From NCBI GenBank assembly GCA_013239625.1, contig MU054001.1:3760167-3824166 (forward strand): DNA of 64,000 nt. Direction: 5' to 3'. Below the pieces are notes generated by a model. The model did no database searches. It had not been told where the DNA came from and worked only from the letters and a program-made list of their open reading frames with translations. The DNA is from Lama guanicoe. Lineage: Eukaryota. Positions 54,710 through 64,000 of the stretch are shown here, in pieces. The stretch's first letter is position 1, and each line of letters starts with the position of its first letter. The position numbers and the translations under genes were made by a program.

Positions 54710-57110
54710 CTTCTTTCTCAAATCCTCAACCCCCCAAGCCCAACCCTCAATTCCATAAAGCAAGTTCTGTTGTTTCTATCTCCAAAATATATCTCAAATT
54801 TGTCCACTTCTCTTAACCTCGACCATCACCTTCCTAGTCGAAGCCACCATCAACTGTCACCTGCAGCCAGTCTCTTACCTGGTCTCTCTGTCCCTCTTCT
54901 TGCCCCTCTCCAATCTAATTACCACAGAACAACTAGTGAGATCTTTTTAAAATTTAAAGATCCTATGTGATCCTGTATCATTCCTCTGTTTAAAACCTTC
55001 AGTGGCTTTCCAGTATTCCCACAATAAGTGTTCAACTTGTTACCAAGACTTACAAGGTCTTAGGTAATCTAGCTCCTACCTACCTCTCCGAACTTGTTCC
55101 ATATACCTCTTTCCCTTGCTTACCCCACTGTGGCCACTCGAACCTACTTCCCGTTCCCCAAATATATTTTCTCACCTCAGGGCCTTTGCCTTTACTATTT
55201 CCTCTGCCTAGAATGTTCCTCTCAAGCTCTCTCTCTGGCAGGTTCATCCACATTAGCCAGATCTCAGTGTAAATACCATTTCCTCAAAGAGTCTCTTCCA
55301 AACCACTCTATGGTGGCTGGCTTCCCACCAGCTGCTATCACCTTGTTCATTGCCTTCACTGAACATGTCACAATTATTACCTTGTCTGTCTACACATTCA
55401 CTGTCTACCGTATCAACTAGAGTATAAGCTCCTTATGACCAGAAATTCTGTTAGTCTCTTCCATGGTTGGATCCATAACATTTGGTATAGCCATTAACCC
55501 AAGAAAATAACTCAATATTTGAAAAAAAAGTTGAATACATGAAGTAAATGTTGTAGGGAATAGCTTGTGGAATGTGCAAGTAAAATCAATTACAGAAACA
55601 ATGTTCTTTTACAACTAAATTACTTCTATTTTCTAGTTTACAGATGAAGGCCTACTCCCTACAAATTTCATTATTTTATATGTCCATTTAGGTCTTTTAG
55701 AACCAGTTAGAAGGTCACTATATTAATCCAGACAGCAAAAAAAGAAAAAGGATCTGAACTAAGGGAGTGGTTTCAGAAATGAAGAAGAGAGGAAAGATTC
55801 TAGTGTTACTTATTAAAGGGGAAGAAACCCAGGGGACTTGGTGACATCGGGATGTGACTAATGAGAGAGCGAGAGAGAAAGGAAGTCCAGGATGAAGCCC
55901 AAACTTACATTTTAGGCAACACGACTTGTGCCTCCATTTCCTCGCTCCACAAAAACATAACTCACTAAGGCCATCAGAGACTTCCATTGGCTAAATCCAA
56001 TGACTGTTTGTTAGGTCTTCATCTTGTTTGCCCTCTCGGAAGCAATACTGGTGTCCATTAGCTCCTTGGGCTTCTTGACCCAACATCCTTCTGGGTTTCC
56101 CCACATCCCTCTGGTTACCTTTTCTCTATCTCCTCTGAAGGATTATCCTCCTCCCGGCCATTATGCTCCTCAAGGCTCAGCCTAAACCCACATCCTCCAT
56201 TCCCACTTTCTCCATGGGTGATATTATTCACTGGATTCTAACCACCACATATGTGAAGGCAACCTACGAATTAATTTCTCTCTTATCATCTCTTCTAAGC
56301 ACTAGATCTATATATATGCCAGTGCTTACTTGACACATCACCTCTAGGAAGTTTAAAAGGCCCCTCAAACTCAACATATTCAAAGCAAATCCATCACCTT
56401 CCTCCACAATCACCTAAATACGCAAGCCCAAAAAACAGGAGTCATCACTCACTTCTCTTTCTTCCTTACTTCTCACTTTGAATCTGTGAATCCCGTCAGT
56501 TCACTTCCTAAATGTCTCACAGCCAACTACGTCTCCCCTTCTCTTCCCCAACAAGTCTAACCCCAGCTACTACAATCTACAGCTGAGCCCATCAACAGCC
56601 TTCAACAGGGTCCATGTGTTAACACAGCCCCTGCTTCCATCCACTGTCCATCCTGCAGCCAGAACGATCTTTTCAAAAGGCAACGCCTTGCTGAAAATCC
56701 TTCAGGGGCTTCCCACTTTCCTTTTAATAGGGCATGCCGGGCTCCACGTGCCTTGGCCCTGTTTGCCATTCCGTTCTCATCTCATAAAACGTTCTATCTC
56801 TCTGTTCTGGCTACTCCGGCTCTTTTTAGCCCTTGGCAAACACCAGGCTCCATTTTACCACAAGGCCTTTACATATGCTATTTTTCCTGCCTACAAGGTT
56901 CTTCTCTCCCATTTCAATTTGTTATCCATCCCTCCTCTGATAAATCTAAGTTCAGGTCACTTCCTCTTAGAAATATCCCTGAGTTCCGTAAGTAAAATCA
57001 TCCCTTAATGTACTCTCACAGCATCATATACCTTCATTGCACTCATCAAGATTGCAATTCTACATATGTTTCTGGCACACAGCAACCACTCAGTAAATAA
57101 CTGTTGAATA
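54710..57110. mobile_element. Cluster of L2 fragments
   Basis: cagggcctttgcctttactatttcctctgcctagaatgt, actagagtataagctcc, ccctcaaactcaacatattcaaagc, and end cactcagtaaataactgttgaata. Confidence 0.75.
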
Positions 57111-57493
57111 GATAAACCAAAATAAATAAATAAATAAACAAACAAACAAACAAACCAGAAGGAAGTGGTATCCCAGAACAAAGGGAAGGTACTGTTTTTA
57201 AAAAGGAGTGTTTAAAGATATCAAGATAGTAGTCTTTAAATGACTCAACTGATTCTAGGTATCGTCTACCCTAAACAGGTTAGTGAGGTGCAGAGAACAA
57301 GCTGCTAATACATTTTCTAAATGTTACATTAATCTTAACAAAAGTACAGTTCAAACTGTGTATAATATTTTAATTTAGCAATATTAACTAAAAAATTATT
57401 TACTCATTCTGTTTCCAAAAACTACATATGTTGGTGAAAAAGCTATTTTTTCTCTCGTGGGTTAAAAGCAAAACATCATTATAAAGAATACTA

Positions 57494-57721
<228 letters not shown>

Positions 57722-59195
57722 TTACACAACCAACAGATGTATACAAGCACAATATATTTTATTAGTGTCTTAAGTTTTTAAAAATCTGGTAATCACTTTT
57801 GCAATGTCAAAAGGATTCTTCAGCCCAAGATACAATATGACAGTAAAACAGGAAATCAAGAGAAGCCTGCTCTTTTTTTTTTTTTAAAAAACAAACTGCA
57901 TTAAGAAATCATTTCATGTTCTATGGCTTATTTCCAAGTGTCAAAATAACCATTCCCCAGTTTCATTTGCTGAACTTATTGGTTCACAAATTTAACATAT
58001 TATTTTAAAACAGCTGCCCTCAAAAGAAGGTAATCTTCAAGTGTATATAAACTGATACACAATTCAAGTTTAAAAGATTTAAGGTTTAAACACTTTGGGA
58101 TTGGTAGTCATCAAATTCCTTGCTGAATTTCTTCATGTCTCAGAAAAAGTGAAGTGGTATTATTTTTCACATATTAAATTTATTAACTATAAGAAAATGC
58201 TAGTGTAGCTATGTCACAGACAGTGCAAGACACTCCCTTGCCTCAGTACTAAGAGGACATGCCACAGCTGAGAACACTCGGGCATCCAGAACTCATATAA
58301 AATCTGATTTCCTTCTCAATTTAAAGCAGATAACTCTACACTTTATACCTATAACTAAGATCCGCTACCACCTAAGTGTCACGCATGTCTTAAGAAGCTC
58401 TGTAGGCTGTTTACATTTAAGTGAAAGGAGCAAGTTTGACCTATCCTATCTAGATCTATAGGTTAACATAAAAAATACTATTATTTATATATTCTATTTA
58501 ATTCTAAGTCTCCTAGGGTCCAATGTCACATAAAACATTTCTTAAAGTACAATTTCCTTTTAAATGAGCTGAAAAGGTTTTGTTCACTAGATAACTGAGG
58601 AAAAAAATATTCTTTTCCTAACCTACATCAGAGTTAAGAACAATTCTTACAGCTTTTTAAATGAGCTGTTTAGCTTGGATAAATATTACCCTATAAATCT
58701 ATGGAATATGTGGAAGCTAACCAAAAAAGAAGAGCTAAGAACTCCATATGTACTGTGAGGGAGTTTCTGGAAGAGAGATAAAAATTTTTGCCTACCAGTC
58801 TGGGATTTTAATTTGTGCCACCTCTAACTAGAGAAATCCACATAATCTCTAGTATACTTTATCCTACATAACATTACCCATACATGACTATTTTGTACCG
58901 TTGCAGCTCTAAACTCTATGTACGAATGTTACAAATAGGGAATTCCGAAAACCAGCTAATATGGACCAGAAAAAGACAAAGTCCTCCCAGGAAACTTTTC
59001 ATCAATTAAAAAACGTTGAAAAATCGTGGCTTAAACAACACCATGTATAAACATTTTTCAGTAAACTACTAAAATTGTTTGAAAGAAGAATGTCTACATA
59101 TACATTAAGGAGTAATACCATTAATCTTCTTTCAATGCCATTGCAAATCAAATTATCATGTAAATAACTAAGAACTGTATTCTATTAATCCATAC

Positions 59196-59294
59196 CCGTA
59201 ACCTTTGGTTTATTATGACTGGATGAACCTTTGTCCACAACACCTCTTGACATAAAGGCAAGTTTGGGAGGCCTCCTTTCCTGTGTCACGCTAT
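59196..59294 (-). CDS. CYLD: CYLD exon 8 (99 nt): [33 protein letters not shown]; includes the MALT1 cleavage site FMSR|G
   Basis: Boundaries tttcag|ATAGCG ... GTTACGG|gtatgg; translation matches CYLD. Confidence 0.97.
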
Positions 59295-60247
59295 CTGAAA
59301 CAGTAAATGCGTTTTTTAAAGACACAAGCAAATTCTTATAGAAGAGAAACAATTGAGCAAAGATTGACAATAACAACAAAAGGCTCTTTCCAACATAAAG
59401 TAGCATTTTCACAGTAGTTTCACAAATTCGTCAAAACCATCAAAAGTACTGAAAGAGATAAAAAAAAAAAAAACAACATTGCTCTATTTCAAAATGTAAC
59501 TTCTATAAGACAATACAGCCCAAGTACAGTATAGCTAAATGCTTTAACTTCTTGAAAATGTTATCACTTTTAATCAATTTTATTTGATGTGTTAAAATAC
59601 CACCAAGAAAACTTTACTTGGTTTTTTATAGGATTTCCCAAATCAGTATCCCCAGAACACTCCTGTGTGATATGAAGGGTCCCACACTCAAATACCTCTA
59701 GGAGATGCTGACATAAACAGACTTCTTTACTGCATAACACTAGAACATTTAATATGCTAATAAGCATTGTGAATCTCTCAAAGGGGGATACATTTTATTT
59801 GGAAACATTTTTTATGCCACTCTGCTCAGCATCTCAGATTAATATATTTCATGGAACACAGTTTGGAAAAAGCCTGGTAAGGAACATATATCAGTTTTTT
59901 AAAACATATGTTAAAATAAAAATAACAGAAATGTATATACAGGCACATGCATACAAACAGAAATAACACAGAAAACTATACACAAAGAAATGATGCAGAA
60001 AGCCAGAGATAGACAGCAGCAATATTTCTGAAGAAAACACTCAAAACTTCTTTTTGAAATATAGGTGCAATAATTTTGGCAAACTTGTTTTTGATACAAA
60101 GACTACTTTAAACCTTAAAGGTCACTGATTTTCATAAGATATTCACAAAACTGGATCAAGCAAGTGTAGGAAAATCAGTCTGGAAATTTTTTCCCCTGGA
60201 AAGTTCAGCACACCTGTAGAGTCCAACATGACACTTAGAAGTTATAC

Positions 60248-60256
60248 CTGTTAAAG
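60248..60256 (-). CDS. CYLD: CYLD exon 7, 9-nt microexon (CTTTAACAG; about A-L-T, human ALS)
   Basis: Minus strand reads ctgtttttgctgatacacag|CTTTAACAG|gtataac. It is phase 1/1, about 950 nt upstream of exon 8, and differs by one base from the human 9-nt alternative exon as recalled (CTTTATCAG). Confidence 0.85.
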
Positions 60257-61467
60257 CTGTGTATCAGCAAAAACAGTGTCACCCCCAGTGGATTTTTAAG
60301 AATAGAAAGCAAAAAAAATAGGGAAAGTTTTACATTTTAAGCACAAGGAAAATGCCATCTTTTTTAAGAAAAAGGAAATGATACTGAACTAATTATATAT
60401 AAATGATGCTTGGTAACTTTTGTCCATGGTTGGAGGGGAAGGAAAATGCATCATTAAACCATATCTCAACTGTCTCATAATATGATCAAACAGAATATTA
60501 TTTTAATTCAAAAATTACAGTGAGTAATCATGCATTTAACCAAGTAAAAGAAAAACTATTCACTAATATTTTTATGATATTACCAAATATATCTAAGCAC
60601 CACATATGAGAGCATTGTGGGGTAAAACTTCTCAGTCACTGGCAAAAGTTTCCAAATTACAGCATATAAATTGACTAAAGAAAACTAATTCCCACTATTG
60701 ACTATAATTAACTGCATATAAGTCCATTTTAAAAAGACAGTCACATGTATATCTTCAATGTATACACATCATATGGTTAGTGGTAATTATAATAAAGGCT
60801 GAAAATGGTCTTAACTAAGGTGGCCTGGCAGTACCAAAGAGCAGAACAGATGAGTCTGTTGTGACAACACGGCTAGTGATGCTACAGGAGGCACCAAAGA
60901 TTAGGAATGCGGAGGGCACTAGAGTTGGAAACGGTGGTTATCTCTGCCAAAGACTCTGTTGGGGGGGAGAGGGGGCAGTGGGGGGTGGGGATGTCAGATA
61001 CCAATTTTGAGGAATAGGACAGTCCTACGGAATTGTATGCAGATAAAGGGTAACATGCCATATTTAATTTGCCCTCCAGCAATTACATACCAACTCATTC
61101 TTTTTTTTTCTTTTCTTTTCTTTTTTTTTCCAACTCATTCTTATTTCTTTGTCACAATTATAATCATGATCCAAAATCAAAGCCTCTATCTTAAATGAGT
61201 TTTAAGAGATTACCATCTCAGGAAAAGCAGGGGAAAGTAAACAAAGTAAGAAATAAATCTGACAATTTTGTGAGATTAAAACAATCCTGATTAAAAGATA
61301 TTAAACATATAGCATGATAACGTCCACCAAACAGCACATATAAAATGTTATAGCTGCCTTATTCATAATAACCAAAAGCTAGAACAATGCATTCTACAGA
61401 AGAATGGACAAACTGTGGTCTGCTCATATAATGGAATACTACATAGCAATAAAAAAAGAATAAACTA

Positions 61468-62305
61468 CACACCAGTCAGAATGGCCATCATTCAAAAGTC
61501 CACAAATGACAAATGCTGGAGAGGCTGTGGAGAAAAGGGAACCCTCCTACACTGCTGATGGGAATGCAGGTTGGTGCAGCCACTGTGGAAAACAGTACGG
61601 AGATTCCTCAAAGGACTAGGTATAGATTTACCATATGACCCAGGAATCCCACTCCTGGGCATATATCTAGAAGGAACCCTACTTCAAAAAGACATCTGCA
61701 CCCCAATGTTCATAGCAGCACTATTTGCAATAGCCAAGACATGGAAACAGCATAAATGTCCATCAACAGATGACTGGATAAAGAAGATGTGGTATATTTA
61801 TACAATGGAATACTACTCAGCCATGAAAACCAACAACATAACACCATTTGCAGCAACAGGGATGTTCCTGGAGAATGTCATTCTAAGTGAAGTAAGCCAG
61901 AAAGAGAAAGAAAAATACCATATGAGATCGCTCATATGTGGAATCTTAAAAAAAAAAAAAAGAAAGAAAGAAAAGACAAAGACAAATTAACATAAATACA
62001 AAACAGAAACGGACTCATAGACATAGAATACAAAGTTGTGGTTGCCAAGGAGGAGGGGGGTGTGAAGGGATAGACTGGGAGTTCAAAATCTGTAGATACT
62101 GACAGGCATATGTAGAATAGATAAACAACATTATACTGTATAGCACAGGGAAATATATACAAGATCTTGTGGTAGCTCACAGCGAAAGAGAATGTGACAA
62201 TGAATATACGTATGTTCATGTATAACTGAAGAACTGTGCTCTACACTGGAATTTGACACAACACTGTAAAATGACTATAATTCGATAAAAAATGTTTTAA
62301 AAAAA
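61468..62305 (+). mobile_element. Relatively young 5'-truncated L1 (ORF2 C-terminus plus 3'UTR) nested in an older L1M remnant
   Basis: Track ORF 61571..61990 (VQPLWKT...[14 protein letters not shown]...[18 protein letters not shown]...YTMEYYSA) is the L1 ORF2 C-terminal domain with an unbroken frame; antisense to CYLD. Confidence 0.93.
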
Positions 62306-63209
62306 GACGTACACAACAATATGGACATTGTGTCACGAAAAGAAATGAAGACAAAATTACCCATTATATATATACAGCAGGAGTGCATTAAAAATGATAA
62401 AATTAGCAGCCTGTCCATCATTCTCACTGATTTAAACAGAAAAAGAAAAATTCCTTGGAGAAATCTGAGTTGGAAATCATAACAATAAACTAGTGAACAA
62501 TAACAATCAAACCCACCAGAAATGTCTTTTAAATGGAGAAAATGCATTTAAATGGAGAAAAATTTAAATTAAATTGAGAATAATTGCTTAATTGATATAT
62601 TGCTTAACATCATCAGCCACAAGAGCATAATTCAGACCCAAATGACAATTTAATATCCGCAGAGAAATCTACTGAAGAAAATATAAGTTTATTTGAGTAG
62701 AAATGAAGAATTATAAAACTTAATACCAAATATAATATACATAGTAACTATCTAAAAACCTCTTTCAGGTGAGATTACTGGTCAAAATAAATATTTTCAT
62801 TATATTTTAGAAAATTTTATTTGAACAATTATTCAAGAAATCCTGGAAGGTTCTGTACAAATAACATCAGAGTTGCATACTATGATCTAGTGCTTCAAAA
62901 TAAACTTTTGAGCTCCAGTTGTCTCATATGAGCAGGATTCTTGCCCATACAGACAATATTCAGAGTGATTCAGATCTCTATAGAAGGCTTCTTAGAATTA
63001 TCTATCAAAATGTAAAGTACACATACCCTTTGACCCAGCAAATCTACTTCCAGGAAGTTATCTTTTTTTTTAAGATCTTAAGAATATTTTAATGTGAATA
63101 TAATATACGCCGTTTAAATACTCAGATAACTATATTGCTGGCACACAGGAAAAATCTACAGATGACATGACGTTGAGAGGGAGAGACAAAACGTGAAAGA
63201 ACAGAATTA

Positions 63210-63990
63210 GTATCCAGAATGATGTGAAAATGCTGGAAGACTGGAGAACTCTAATGACATGAAGTTAAACAGGGACAAATGTAAAGTTCTGCCACATGTC
63301 CCCCCAATCAACCATAAAAGTATAGAATCATAAGCAGAAGCACATGCAAACAAATTTGGGGATAAGTCAAGTATAAGCTTAGTAATCATTAATTCATTAG
63401 TTTATAAGTGCATTCATTCAGACAAGAAATACTATCAACTCCATGCAAGGAAGGCACGGAAGTGGCTCTGGGAACATAACTCAAATTTTGACAGGGCTAT
63501 TCCAAAATCTTTTCTGCTGATGCCCTGTTCTATTGCAACAATCAGTCCACATATGGACTACGATGTTCTGTTCCCCTCAAGCTGTCCAAGTGTAAAGGTG
63601 TCTTCAACAAACCAGATCTTATTCACAATATCTAGAAGCCATGAGAAATGACTAAAATGACTCAAACTGTTTAGAGAGAACAGAAGACGTGAAGTGTAAA
63701 AGACTCTCGTCTTTGAATATCCGAGGGTTTCTGTAAGGAAGAGGGGTTGGATTTGTCCTAACTTCAACCCCAGTTAGAACTAGAATCAGTGAGGGAAATT
63801 GTGTGAAGGTAGATGTAAAGCATGTATCACATGAGGAGTGACTTTTTCACAATTAGAACTGTCTAAAATGAAATATTCTAATTTCTTTCAGGACAAAGTA
63901 ACTCTTCTATCAAAGGAACATATAGCTCCCTAAAAAGAAAGGGATGACAACATAGGAAGTTATCTTTTAGCTGCACTGGATACACGCAAA
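63210..63990 (+). mobile_element. CR1/L3 LINE remnants
   Basis: catgaagttaaacagggacaaatgtaaagttctgc (MKLNRDKCKVL, CR1 ORF2-like) and downstream tgtttagagagaacagaagac. Confidence 0.55.
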
Positions 63991-64000
63991 TTGACATATA

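Overview
This is mammalian genomic DNA, not microbial. It is most likely a camelid, judging by a tRNA-derived SINE resembling camelid Vic-1 and by cetartiodactyl-type L1 3' ends. The right half (~32.5-64 kb, increasingly AT-rich) holds the 3' two-thirds of CYLD (K63/M1 deubiquitinase) on the minus strand. I mapped 14 exons (classical numbering 7-20) with GT/AG boundaries, including a 9-nt microexon, followed by a ~5 kb 3'UTR ending near 32520. Thirteen exons have exactly the lengths I recall for human CYLD. Exon 18 (39886-39972) is 87 nt instead of 119 nt: it has lost the B-box residues PRQCRICGGLAM, and canonical splicing gives a frameshift with a stop in the sixth codon, upstream of the catalytic His and Asp. 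This is the main anomaly and is either a real loss-of-function allele or an assembly/consensus error. The left half (1-32.5 kb, more GC-rich) has no credible protein-coding gene. It contains many old repeats, several blocks that look like conserved developmental enhancers (in human this interval runs toward SALL1), a strong CTCF motif, and a solo LTR with an intact CCAAT/RFX/CRE/TATA promoter layout. Nearly all ORFs in the supplied track are spurious or repeat-derived. I found no evidence of a novel multi-gene system. Repeat family names come from recall of consensus sequences and repeat boundaries are approximate.
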